A DNA stretch of 51,354 bases from the IMG/VR virus record IMGVR_UViG_3300048114_000266, positions 1-51,354 of that record; one strand, 5' to 3'. Positions 1 through 8,780 of the stretch are shown piece by piece (position 1 is the stretch's first letter; each line of letters begins with the position of its first letter). Source of the stretch: a virus. The notes under the pieces are model-generated. The model worked only from the letters and a program-made list of their open reading frames with translations. It ran no database searches and was not told the origin of the DNA. The translations under genes were made by a program, and so were the position numbers.

Positions 1-583
1 CCGCTTTCAGTTTCCCCCATGCGATTGCACCGACGATTAGGCCGGCCCCGATTATCGGCCACCCGACGGCGGCGATTATCAGCCCGGCGGTAATCGTCCC
101 CCATTTCAGCGCGCCCAAGACGTCGCCGCCCATGATTTTCCCGAACGTGATTGCTCCCGTGATTGCCGCCGCGCCGATTACGGGCCATTTGATAGCCGAC
201 ATGATTGCGCCGGCCGATATGCCGCCGCTTACCAGCCCACCGATACCGCCCGAAAGTAGACTTCCCAAGCCGCCGGATAGGATACCGCCGGCCGCCGCGC
301 CACCGCCAAGCCCCAACAGCCCGCCGAACTTCCCGGCGATACCTCCTAATGTGCTACGTAGAATCGTAAAGCGTTCGTCGGCGTTTTCGGCTTCTTCGGC
401 CGCTTCTTCGGCTTGGTCGGCCGTTTGGCCCATTTCGTCGCCAAGTTCGCCGACTTGCGACCCCGCCGACCGTGCCGTTTGACCAAGTCCCGAATATGAT
501 TCGTCAAGTTGGCCGACTTGGGCACGGGATTCTTCGACGCCCGTAACCTTCGCTTGGTATTCGATAGTGCCGATTTGAACCAT
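1..583 (-). CDS. Tape-measure-like tail protein, N-terminal segment; the gene crosses the contig junction and continues at 51354..50419
   Basis: ATG at 583-581 with an in-frame stop just upstream (611-613). Frame stays open to position 1 and is in phase with ORF 50419..51345 when the 127-bp terminal overlap is collapsed. Translation begins MVQIGTIEYQAKVTGVEESRAQVGQLDE, then Gly-rich hydrophobic repeats. Sits directly downstream of the G/GT chaperone pair. Confidence 0.55.
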   Translation of the reverse strand, partial: MVQIGTIEYQAKVTGVEESRAQVGQLDESYSGLGQTARSAGSQVGELGDEMGQTADQAEEAAEEAENADERFTILRSTLGGIAGKFGGLLGLGGGAAAGGILSGGLGSLLSGGIGGLVSGGISAGAIMSAIKWPVIGAAAITGAITFGKIMGGDVLGALKWGTITAGLIIAAVGWPIIGAGLIVGAIAWGKLKA

Positions 584-628
584 TTGGGCGTATAGCGTTC
601 CCCGACCGCCTTAGCCCTTCGGCGTGCG

Positions 629-1138
629 TTACCCGTTGCGTGACTTCGCCTTCCGTTCTTGGCGCTTCCGACGCCGTTCGATTTTTTCTTCGCGTAGTTC
701 TTCGCGTTCGGCGTGAATCGACAAGCGACGGTCGACTTCGCCTTCGGTCATGCCGTCGGTCGACGACTTCGTGACGATTGCCGTCGGCGCGGGCGCTTCG
801 AAGACGCTGTCGGGAGCGTGGCGGTAGACGGTCGCCGCGACCACGGCACCCACAAGGGCGACGAATGTCCCGGCGTATTCTAAGCCGGCTAACGCCGTGG
901 CTACGCCGACGAAGGTGAACGGTGCCCAAACGCACGCGGCGACGCGACGACGCCCCACGCGGCTACACGCACGCCGCGCTACGGCCGCCAAGTCGTGACG
1001 ACGTTCGACGTGAACGCCGCGCCGGACGTCGCCGCGTATGTCCCGGCGCGTCAGCCCCGCGTTTTTCGTAAGAATGTATTCCGCGACTTCGCCTTGTATC
1101 TGCATTCCGCGAACGGTGCGCGCGGGGTCGCCGCGCAC
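629..1138 (-). CDS. T-like extension ORF, probably expressed as a G-T fusion by -1 frameshift from the upstream chaperone-like gene; own start (GTG 1138 or ATG 1105) uncertain
   Basis: ORF track 629..1138 lies in the -1 frame relative to 1147..1575 and is open across that gene's stop. Located between the putative major tail protein and the tape-measure gene. Has a hydrophobic segment and a basic C-terminus. Confidence 0.4.
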   Translation of the reverse strand: MRGDPARTVRGMQIQGEVAEYILTKNAGLTRRDIRGDVRRGVHVERRHDLAAVARRACSRVGRRRVAACVWAPFTFVGVATALAGLEYAGTFVALVGAVVAATVYRHAPDSVFEAPAPTAIVTKSSTDGMTEGEVDRRLSIHAEREELREEKIERRRKRQERKAKSRNG

Positions 1139-1146
1139 CGCCCGCT

Positions 1147-1575
1147 TTATTTTCCCCGGTCTTCGCCGCTCCCCGCGCCGAACGGGTCCGGCACTTCTTC
1201 GGTAAGGGCTTCGAAGTCCGTCGACATGGACGATAAGAAGGTCGCAAGACCGGGCACGCCGTCTTCGTGCGCCCCGAACCAGTCGACGACCATGTATTCA
1301 AGCATGTCCGTGTAGTAGTCCGAAGAAAGCGATTGCTGGGGCGACCCGTCGTCGCCTTCGCTGATTGTTAGGTTATTTTCTAACACTTCGTTCTTCTTCC
1401 GAAGCGGGACGTCGGCCTTCAATTCGAACCAGTACGCCCGCGCTTCGTCGTCTTCGTCGGGGTCGCCGGTCGTGACCCACACGGTGCGCGTCGCGGACTT
1501 GTCGACGGTCGCGTCTTCGAACGACCCAATTTCGTACCCTTCCGGCGGTTCAGGTTCCGGGGCGTCGTTTGCCAT
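1147..1575 (-). CDS. Tail assembly chaperone-like acidic protein (G-like)
   Basis: ORF track, ATG start, 142 aa, strongly acidic; sits between putative major tail protein and tape measure; ends in the slippery site. Confidence 0.55.
   Translation of the reverse strand: MANDAPEPEPPEGYEIGSFEDATVDKSATRTVWVTTGDPDEDDEARAYWFELKADVPLRKKNEVLENNLTISEGDDGSPQQSLSSDYYTDMLEYMVVDWFGAHEDGVPGLATFLSSMSTDFEALTEEVPDPFGAGSGEDRGK
1150..1156 (-). other. Candidate -1 programmed ribosomal frameshift slippery heptamer G_GGA_AAA
   Basis: Minus-strand sequence CGG GGA AAA TAA at 1158-1147 places a canonical X_XXY_YYZ heptamer on the last two sense codons of ORF 1147..1575; the -1 frame continues GGG AAA ATA AAG CGG GCG GTG... 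into ORF 629..1138. Confidence 0.5.
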
Positions 1576-1617
1576 GTCCGACGGGACGGGTAGCCGGTGA
1601 AAAAGCGTGTCGGTGCG

Positions 1618-2628
1618 TTAGGCCGGCGCAAGGTACGACGTCGACACTTGGGTATCCGTGACCAAGATTTGCGCCGTGTTCGGCGTAATCGTCACTTCGA
1701 CTTCGTTCGCACCTTCTTCGGGAATGCTATGGGGCGCTTCCGACAGCCCGATACTCCCCGCTTCGTAGCGGAACACTTCGCCCGACGGCTTGGTAAACTG
1801 AATCGACGCCGACCCCGCGTCGTTCGCGTTCAGTAGTTCGGTATATAGCGAATCGTTCGTCACGGTAATCGTCGCTGTAAGTTCGTGTTCGGCGTTCGCA
1901 TACAGCACTTCGAACGGGTCGCGGCCGGACGCTTCCGCGATATAGTGTCGCGGGTCGGCGTTGGTCGTAAGTTCGTGTTCGAAGTTCGTGACGCGGGCGT
2001 AGGAGTTTCCGAAAAGCGAAAGGTTGCTATTGACGTCGTCGAAAATCCACGGGTTCCGGTCGTCAGCGTCGACGCCCGTGGTCGGCGAACTTCCGGGCGT
2101 GACGCCCATAGCAAGCATGTCTAAGTCCGTGGTAAGCCGCCCTTCGTTATCGACCGAAATGGTCACGCCCGGCGGGACGCCGCCCGTGAACGTCCGCACG
2201 AAGTCGTCGGCCCCGCCACGGCCGAAGTATGCCGCTTCGATAGTGACCGACGGCGGCTTCTTGTCGTTCAGTACGTCGATAGTGTGTAGCGTCGTACCCG
2301 TTTCGCTGACTTCCGACCCCGTCGCGTCTAAGTTCGTGTCGGCGGTGACGGTGTCGTTCCCGAAGGCAAGCGCCACGGGGAAGCCGTCGACCGGGATAAC
2401 GGGGAGCGTGCCACCGTCGTAAGTCCGTTGCCCCGGATACTTGTCGGACAATTCGCGGGACGCTTCGCCGCTAATCGACCGTTCTTCAAGCCAATCAATC
2501 GACGGGTCGGGAAGTTCAGTTTCGCCGCTAATCTTTCCGAACGTGCGCGTGACTGACGCCGCCGTACCTTGTTCGGATTCGACCCCGACCAAGATTTGAC
2601 TGTCGTGCCGAACATACGGGTCGGACAT
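1618..2628 (-). CDS. Putative major tail protein
   Basis: ORF track, 336 aa, acidic Thr/Ser-rich; assignment is by position upstream of the G/GT pair only. Confidence 0.5.
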   Translation of the reverse strand: MSDPYVRHDSQILVGVESEQGTAASVTRTFGKISGETELPDPSIDWLEERSISGEASRELSDKYPGQRTYDGGTLPVIPVDGFPVALAFGNDTVTADTNLDATGSEVSETGTTLHTIDVLNDKKPPSVTIEAAYFGRGGADDFVRTFTGGVPPGVTISVDNEGRLTTDLDMLAMGVTPGSSPTTGVDADDRNPWIFDDVNSNLSLFGNSYARVTNFEHELTTNADPRHYIAEASGRDPFEVLYANAEHELTATITVTNDSLYTELLNANDAGSASIQFTKPSGEVFRYEAGSIGLSEAPHSIPEEGANEVEVTITPNTAQILVTDTQVSTSYLAPA

Positions 2629-2743
2629 TCTTATCCCCGAATATCCGCCGTCGCGCCTTAACGTTTAGTTACGGGTCGGGCCGGTGTATATGCGACAAGT
2701 TTATATGCCTACCCGTCCAAGTGGGTAGTAGGTGCGAACCCCT

Positions 2744-3310
2744 ATGACCGAAACCCAATTCGACGACACGACCCGAACCGACCTTACGAACGCCGACGTC
2801 GCGACCGACGACACGGTGCGCGTCGTTTGCATGAACCCGGAAACCGGCGAAGAATTCGACGTCACGGGCGACGTCGCCACGACCTACGCCGACCACAAGT
2901 TCGCCGTCGAAGGCGACGACGGCGTCGTCGTTATCCTGAACGACGACACGAAGGAGGTTCGCGAAGGGTCGTTCGCTGACGGCTTCGACACCGTCGAAGG
3001 CTTCCGCCCGGTCTTCGTGGAATTCGCGACCGAAGGCGACCGCGAAAACGTCGACGCTGACGCCGACGACACGCTTGTCTACGATAACGTAGTTCACGGC
3101 GCGAACGAATCCACGGGCAAGGAATTCACGAAGACGAAGACGGTCGAACACACGGGCGAAGTCTACGCCGAAGACGGCGGCGTGACGGCGTTCCGCTCCC
3201 CGGACTTCGACGGCGTCTTCTTCGTCGACGACGGCGGTACGGTCGAATACGACCCCGCTGACGAAGCGCGCGACCGCTACGAAGTCGGGACGTCCGGCCG
3301 AATCGAATAG
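2744..3310 (+). CDS. Hypothetical acidic protein on the opposite strand, embedded in the structural operon
   Basis: ATG at 2744 (ORF track alternative start 2732) preceded by the conserved promoter-leader cassette in plus orientation; begins MTETQFDD. Confidence 0.55.
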   Translation: MTETQFDDTTRTDLTNADVATDDTVRVVCMNPETGEEFDVTGDVATTYADHKFAVEGDDGVVVILNDDTKEVREGSFADGFDTVEGFRPVFVEFATEGDRENVDADADDTLVYDNVVHGANESTGKEFTKTKTVEHTGEVYAEDGGVTAFRSPDFDGVFFVDDGGTVEYDPADEARDRYEVGTSGRIE

Positions 3311-3339
3311 GCCGTCGGATTCGTATAGCGGCTTTTGGT

Positions 3340-3789
3340 TTACGTTTCGACTGAACGCGACCGCGCTTCGAAGCCGATGGTGACTTCGTAGACGTAGGCC
3401 CCGAAGGTACTATCGTCTAACGGCGTGACGTCGGCGAAGACCATGCGGTCGAAGTCGCCCGGCGTGTCCGGTCGTGACCTGTTGGCTTCGACAATCCGCC
3501 GAAATTCGCTGAATAGTTCGTCGCGACGGTCTTCGTCGGACGCCTTAATTTCCGCGAATATCGTCGCGTCAAGGTCTTGGGACGATTGGAATAGGTCGGC
3601 GTATTCGATACCGAACGGGGAGGTTTCGGACACTTCGACGTAGTCGTATATGCTTAGGTCGCGCCCCTTCCCCAAGTCGTCGGACTTGTCGATTGTCGGT
3701 TCGTCGTTCGACGTGTTCGCCGCGACCCATTCGGCTTGCAGTAGGTCGCGGAATTCCTGAACGATTTTTGTAAGATTTGGTTGCGTCAT
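3340..3789 (-). CDS. Hypothetical head-tail region protein
   Basis: ORF track, ATG at 3789, 149 aa, acidic. Confidence 0.55.
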   Translation of the reverse strand: MTQPNLTKIVQEFRDLLQAEWVAANTSNDEPTIDKSDDLGKGRDLSIYDYVEVSETSPFGIEYADLFQSSQDLDATIFAEIKASDEDRRDELFSEFRRIVEANRSRPDTPGDFDRMVFADVTPLDDSTFGAYVYEVTIGFEARSRSVET

Positions 3790-3792
3790 GGT

Positions 3793-4347
3793 TTACCCAC
3801 GCCCTTCTAATTCGAATACTTCTTGCCCGTTTTGCCGGACGATAACGAAGCCCGATTGCAGTAGCGTACCCCGGTCGGTCGCTTCGTCGGCGACAATATC
3901 TTGGGATTGTTCGAACGCGAATTCGACCGTGTCTTCGATTGCCTTCCGCGCGGCGTCGGGGTCGTTCGACCCTTCGTAGTTTTCAAGAAATTGCTCCCCG
4001 GCTTGTTTGGCCGCTTCGAACCCGCGATTCAAGAAGAAGACGCCGTCGGTCCCCGATTCGGCAATCGCCCCGACGACAATCCACGCGACATTACGCTGGG
4101 CTTCTTCGATAGTGTCGGCGTTTTCCTCCCCGGCCGCCCGAAGCCCAGCGTCAAGGTCGGCCCATTTCCGTTGTACCCACCCTAATAGCGGTTCGAACGG
4201 CGGCGACGTCCCCGTGTAGGACGTGGGGAATTCGACATATACCGCGTAGTCCGCGCCGTAGCCGACCGTCGCGTCGACGTCAAGATTTTCGAATACTTCG
4301 TCGATTTGCGACGAATCGACTTCGACGGTGACATTCGCGCCGACCAT
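3793..4347 (-). CDS. Hypothetical head-tail region protein
   Basis: ORF track 3793..4398 starts on GTG; first ATG is at 4347, 2 nt after the upstream gene's stop. Confidence 0.5.
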   Translation of the reverse strand: MVGANVTVEVDSSQIDEVFENLDVDATVGYGADYAVYVEFPTSYTGTSPPFEPLLGWVQRKWADLDAGLRAAGEENADTIEEAQRNVAWIVVGAIAESGTDGVFFLNRGFEAAKQAGEQFLENYEGSNDPDAARKAIEDTVEFAFEQSQDIVADEATDRGTLLQSGFVIVRQNGQEVFELEGRG

Positions 4348-4349
4348 GC

Positions 4350-5168
4350 TTAGGTGCGCTTGTATTCCCGAATTGTGTCTTTCGCTGAACTTTCCCACGA
4401 CGACGCGGCGTCGGATAGCGACGGCGTGTTCTCCCCACCGCTGGGGACCATTTCACCGAATTGGTCACTCCCGACGATTTGGGCGGCCGCAAGGAGCGCG
4501 GTAGCGTCGCTTATATCGCCCGGCACGTAGTCGCTGACGCCGTCCCCGTCGCTGTCGTATTCAGTCACGTCGTGCGGGTAGCCGTAGCGATAGGACACGC
4601 GCACTTCGGCCATGCCGTCTTCTAACGTCGGGCCGTGGGTTTGCGTCCCGACCGGCGTCAGTAGTTGAATGTCGGGCCGGAGTATCCCCTTCCGATTCGA
4701 TACGACATAATGCCCGTCGGCCCGCCCTTCGTCTTCGGTAATGTCGTTTACCGACCGGGGATTCAGCACTTCGACCATGTCGCCTTCCGTCGACGTAATA
4801 GGTTTGATATGGGTATGGGGAAGGTCGACAAATCCGCGTTGGTCGACTTGGAAATTTTGGCGATTGTTCCGACCGCCGCGAATCCGACGTCGGCGGTGGC
4901 GCGTGTGCTTTTGCTTGTGCGACAGTTTGATTTTTAATTCGGCGTCGACGACCTTCCGGGTCCGCCAAGCGCGCTTCGTTTCGCTGTCGACCTTTTCGGA
5001 CTTGTTCGCGATTATCTTGTCGACTTGGTCTTGCGTCAGCGCCCCCTTCGACGCGTCGCTTACCGTTTCCGGTAGGTCTTGGTACTTCTTGTTACGAATG
5101 TGGGCGAAGACGTCTTCGGGAGCGCAATACACGACGTCTTCGTCGACTAATCGGGTGTCGACGGGCAT
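4350..5168 (-). CDS. Hypothetical head-tail region protein
   Basis: ORF track, ATG at 5168, 272 aa. Confidence 0.5.
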   Translation of the reverse strand: MPVDTRLVDEDVVYCAPEDVFAHIRNKKYQDLPETVSDASKGALTQDQVDKIIANKSEKVDSETKRAWRTRKVVDAELKIKLSHKQKHTRHRRRRIRGGRNNRQNFQVDQRGFVDLPHTHIKPITSTEGDMVEVLNPRSVNDITEDEGRADGHYVVSNRKGILRPDIQLLTPVGTQTHGPTLEDGMAEVRVSYRYGYPHDVTEYDSDGDGVSDYVPGDISDATALLAAAQIVGSDQFGEMVPSGGENTPSLSDAASSWESSAKDTIREYKRT

Positions 5169-5244
5169 ATCTACACGTTAGACGGTCGCGCGGCTATGTA
5201 AACCTTCGCGGCGAAGAAGAAGGCGGTCGGCGTATGGGCGACGT

Positions 5245-5523
5245 CTACTTGCCGCCTTGTTCGTGAATCAGTACGTTCACGGTCGCGTCGCCGGTCCCCG
5301 TGATTGTCGCTTGCGTCGACCCGACTGAAGACGGGTGCGCGGCGTCGGCCGTCTTCGATTGGGCGACGATTACGGGTTCGGCCGGAAGGTCGCCACCGAC
5401 GCCGGGAAGTTCGTCGGCGTAGGTAAGCGTGGCCGACCCCGACGAAAGGGTGACTTGTCCGGCCCACACGCGACCGCTCCCGTTCGGGTCGGCCTTGCCG
5501 CCTTTGACTTGTTCGAATGGCAT
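5245..5523 (-). CDS. Small protein downstream of the capsid gene (possible head decoration protein)
   Basis: ORF track, ATG at 5523, 92 aa, Gly/Thr/Ser-rich. Confidence 0.45.
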   Translation of the reverse strand: MPFEQVKGGKADPNGSGRVWAGQVTLSSGSATLTYADELPGVGGDLPAEPVIVAQSKTADAAHPSSVGSTQATITGTGDATVNVLIHEQGGK

Positions 5524-5530
5524 GGGTGGA

Positions 5531-6736
5531 TTACGCTAAGTTGTAGCGGCCGACGATACGACTGTCGGGGGCGCTTGCCGCAAGCGTCCCGTAGGCGTCG
5601 ACAGCGACGTCTTCTTGCGGCGTGGTGCGCGCAAGCGGGTGAAGCGTCGTGTCTTGAAGCATGGCCATGACGATAGTCGACATGTCCATGCCGACCAACA
5701 GACGCGACCCTTCGACGTCCGGGCACCCGTGCGATTCAAGCACCGGAACCCCGTCGATATTCAGCGCGCGGAACCCGAAGTTCAGTTCGTCGCCGGGCGA
5801 CGTGTAGCGCACGAAGTCGTCGACGGATTCTTTCAGGTCTTCGAAGGTCTTGTGGTCGGTGACGAAGACCAAGTCGTCGTAGTCGGCACCTTCGCGGCGA
5901 AGTTTCCGAATGTCCGTGCGGACGTCGCTTTCCGTGACGGTCGACCCCGACGCGTCGGTAAGCATGTTCGCTTCGTCGGCAAGGTCGAACAGTCCGTCGA
6001 AACTTGCGGCGTCGTTCCCGCTGACTCCCGCGACCGACCCGGTGCCCTGAATGATTTGGGCTTCTTCGTAGTGGCGAACGGAACGCACTAACGCTTCTTC
6101 CGTCAGCGAACGGGACGAACGAAGCGTCGACGTCGCCAATTGCAGGAAGTCGGTGACGGCCGTCTGACGGCCGTAGGGCACGACGCTGTATTCGTGCGTC
6201 GCGTAACTGTCGTCATTTTCGGGCCACGTTTCGTCGTTGCCCGAATTGCTACCGGGTTCGTGGAACCGGCCGACGTCGCCGTGTTCGGTAAGTTCGTCGG
6301 TCTTGTAGGTCGATTCTTGAATCGCGACGCGCGCCACCATGTCCGCAAGCGGCGTTTGCTTGCGGTCGGTGATTCGGACGTCGGGCGAAATGAAAATCGG
6401 GAGGCTAAACTGCGACGTGTCGGCCGCCTTCGACACGACTTCTTCGGCCGCCTTCCGAACCGACGCCCCGTCGCGAACCATGCGATTGAATTCGGTAAAG
6501 GCGTCGTCCCACCCGCCGTCGTACATTTTCGACACAAGGTCGACCACTTGGCCGCCCGTGTGGAAACCCATGTAGTCCTTGTAAAGGACTTCGTCGCCGG
6601 GAAGACCCGTTTCCTTCGAAACGGTATCCATCAGGTTCCCGAACGCGGCTTCGTGGGCTTCGACTTGTTCTTTCTTGCTAATCGTCCCGTTCCGTGCCGT
6701 CGAAGACTTGACGGTAGTATCGTAGTCGTTACGCAT
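5531..6736 (-). CDS. Major capsid protein (HK97-like by position and size)
   Basis: ORF track, 401 aa, ATG at 6736, immediately downstream of the scaffold/protease-like gene and portal. No fold search run. Confidence 0.6.
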   Translation of the reverse strand: MRNDYDTTVKSSTARNGTISKKEQVEAHEAAFGNLMDTVSKETGLPGDEVLYKDYMGFHTGGQVVDLVSKMYDGGWDDAFTEFNRMVRDGASVRKAAEEVVSKAADTSQFSLPIFISPDVRITDRKQTPLADMVARVAIQESTYKTDELTEHGDVGRFHEPGSNSGNDETWPENDDSYATHEYSVVPYGRQTAVTDFLQLATSTLRSSRSLTEEALVRSVRHYEEAQIIQGTGSVAGVSGNDAASFDGLFDLADEANMLTDASGSTVTESDVRTDIRKLRREGADYDDLVFVTDHKTFEDLKESVDDFVRYTSPGDELNFGFRALNIDGVPVLESHGCPDVEGSRLLVGMDMSTIVMAMLQDTTLHPLARTTPQEDVAVDAYGTLAASAPDSRIVGRYNLA

Positions 6737-6744
6737 TTTTCTGG

Positions 6745-8505
6745 TTAGTTGTCACCGCCGACCATGCGGGTGTTTGCGGACGCCGAATGTGCCGCTCCCG
6801 ACGCTTCGCTGTCGGCATTTTCGTCGTCGGTGACGCCGTCGTAGTCGACGCTAATGTCGTCGCCGTCACCGGACTTTTCGACTTGTTCGCGAAGGGCCTT
6901 TCGCGCGACTTCGGCGTCGTCGTGGCCCGTAATGTCCTTGACGATACGGTCGCCAAGTTGGTCCGGTTCCATCTTGTCCGCGTCGGGGTGTTCTTCGACG
7001 TCCGACCGAAGGTCGTCGACGTCGGACTTTAGGGCGCGCGCCCAATCCGGGGCGGCGTCCCAATCGACGCTGTCGGTGTCCGTCGACTTCGACACGTCGT
7101 CGCCGTCGCCACCGTCGGCGTCAGCGTCGGACTTGTCGACGTCGTCGGCGTCGCTGTCAGTATCGTCGTCGGACATGCTAATCCCGCCGTCGTCGCTACC
7201 GTCTTCGTCGTCTTCGCCCGACCCGTCTTCTTGGGTTTCGTCGCCGGTCCCTTCGCCCCCAGCGTCGCCGCCAAGGAATACGGAAAGGCCGGTGACTTGG
7301 CCTTCTTCGATACCTCCCGATTCGATAAGGGAGCGCACGAAGTCTTCGACAGTAGCGTCGCGCGACACCGACCCGTCGTCGACCATGCTACTGAATTCGG
7401 TAAGCATGGCCGACGCGGTGTCGGCGTTCATTTCCTGTTTGGTAGTCGTTTCCGTTCCGTCAGTCCCCGAATCACCGGGGTCGTCTTCGTCACTCATGCT
7501 AATGGTGTCGTAGTCGCACGAATCGGGTGTTTGGGCGGCAAGGTCGGCGACGTCGACGTCGACGACTTGCGCGGTCGCTTCTAACACTTCGACGTCGGGG
7601 CATTCGACCGAATCAGCGACGAAGTCGCGAATGTCTGATTCGTCGCGACCCGCTACTTCGGCAATTTCCCCGACCATGTCGGCGGCTTCGTCTTCCGATT
7701 CGGCAAGTTCCCGAATCTTGTCTTCGACGAATTCGCCGACGCCCTTCGACACCGATTCGTCCGCGTCGTCGGTTTCGCTCTTACTCATTTGCCCGTGCGA
7801 TTTGCCAAGAAGACTATCGACGTCGACGGGCTTCGCCCCGCCGTAAATCGACAGTCCGTTTAGGTCGCCCGACACGACGCGGTCCCACGTTTCGTCGTTA
7901 AACCGAATGCCCAAGACCCACGTACCTTCGGGGTATTCGCGGCTTTCCGTGCCGTCGGGCATTTCGAACGTCGTGTCTTGTTTTAGCGTCCAAGATTCGA
8001 CCGGCGTCCCCTTGCCGTCACGAAGGTCGTGGTCGCTGTCGACCTTGCGGTATTCGGAAAGGTATCGGTGGGCCGCGTCTTCGATAGCGGGCTTCGGAAT
8101 GACGTCGCCCTGTTTGTCGGCTTCTTTCGGGATTAGCACCGGGGCAAAGGCGATTTGCTTGACGTCGTCACCGCTGTCGTCGCGGTCTTTCTGAACGTAA
8201 AGCGTTGCCTCCGATTGCCAACGGTGCGACGACCCCGAAGGGTCGTCGGCGTCTTTCGCGATTACCCATTCGCTATCTTGTGCGGGCGTGTCTACCGGCG
8301 ACACGAATTCGACTTCTAAGCCGGTAAGGACTTCTTGGGCTTGCGGGTCGCTAAGGGCTTCTTTGCCTTCTTCTTCTAACCAGTTACAGAATTCTTCCGG
8401 GTCGTCTATGCCGGGTTCGTCCGACATAGCGGCTACGCACCCGTCAAAGGTGTCGAAGTCGTAGCCGGGGAAGGGTTTTCCGACTGGTTTTTGATTGTCG
8501 CCCAT
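6745..8505 (-). CDS. Scaffold or prohead-protease-like acidic protein
   Basis: ORF track, 586 aa, ATG at 8505; long low-complexity Asp/Ser/Gly tracts; lies between portal and capsid genes. Confidence 0.5.
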   Translation of the reverse strand: MGDNQKPVGKPFPGYDFDTFDGCVAAMSDEPGIDDPEEFCNWLEEEGKEALSDPQAQEVLTGLEVEFVSPVDTPAQDSEWVIAKDADDPSGSSHRWQSEATLYVQKDRDDSGDDVKQIAFAPVLIPKEADKQGDVIPKPAIEDAAHRYLSEYRKVDSDHDLRDGKGTPVESWTLKQDTTFEMPDGTESREYPEGTWVLGIRFNDETWDRVVSGDLNGLSIYGGAKPVDVDSLLGKSHGQMSKSETDDADESVSKGVGEFVEDKIRELAESEDEAADMVGEIAEVAGRDESDIRDFVADSVECPDVEVLEATAQVVDVDVADLAAQTPDSCDYDTISMSDEDDPGDSGTDGTETTTKQEMNADTASAMLTEFSSMVDDGSVSRDATVEDFVRSLIESGGIEEGQVTGLSVFLGGDAGGEGTGDETQEDGSGEDDEDGSDDGGISMSDDDTDSDADDVDKSDADADGGDGDDVSKSTDTDSVDWDAAPDWARALKSDVDDLRSDVEEHPDADKMEPDQLGDRIVKDITGHDDAEVARKALREQVEKSGDGDDISVDYDGVTDDENADSEASGAAHSASANTRMVGGDN

Positions 8506-8544
8506 ACTGTAAGCCGACCCTACGACGACTTAAAGACCGACCTA

Positions 8545-8558
8545 CCTAATATATAACC
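8545..8558 (-). promoter_or_regulatory. AT-rich TATA-like element of the capsid operon promoter
   Basis: Plus-strand taatatataa at 8547-8556 in the 275-bp portal/scaffold intergenic region, about 40-50 nt upstream of ATG 8505. Confidence 0.4.
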
Positions 8559-8780
8559 CGTCAAATCGGCGGCGTCGTGACTATACAGCGTTACTATACA
8601 GACGTCGAAAAGCCGCCGCGCCCCGTGACGAACGCGGCGGACACGACGACGACGCGGTGTCGGGCGTGAAAGGTTTGGTGCGAACCCTATGACTTGCCCG
8701 CGACCGACCGGACGGGTCGCCCCGTCACTTCGACGTAGCGTCGGCCCCATTAAAAGCATGTCGGGCGGAACGTCGACGCC

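Noticed and set aside
1-127. The 127-bp identical ends as a genuine direct terminal repeat of a linear genome
   Set aside because: A gene is continuous across the junction only when the overlap is collapsed, and the overlap falls inside an internal tandem repeat; a circular-assembly overlap explains this better.
132-482. Plus-strand Pro/Ala-rich ORF at the window start
   Set aside because: It is antisense to the tape-measure-like gene, whose frame is continuous across the junction and is supported by repeat structure and operon position.
8520-8759. ORF-track minus-strand ORF in the portal/scaffold intergenic region
   Set aside because: Arg-rich translation with no coupled start, lying in the AT-rich promoter region; more likely non-coding.
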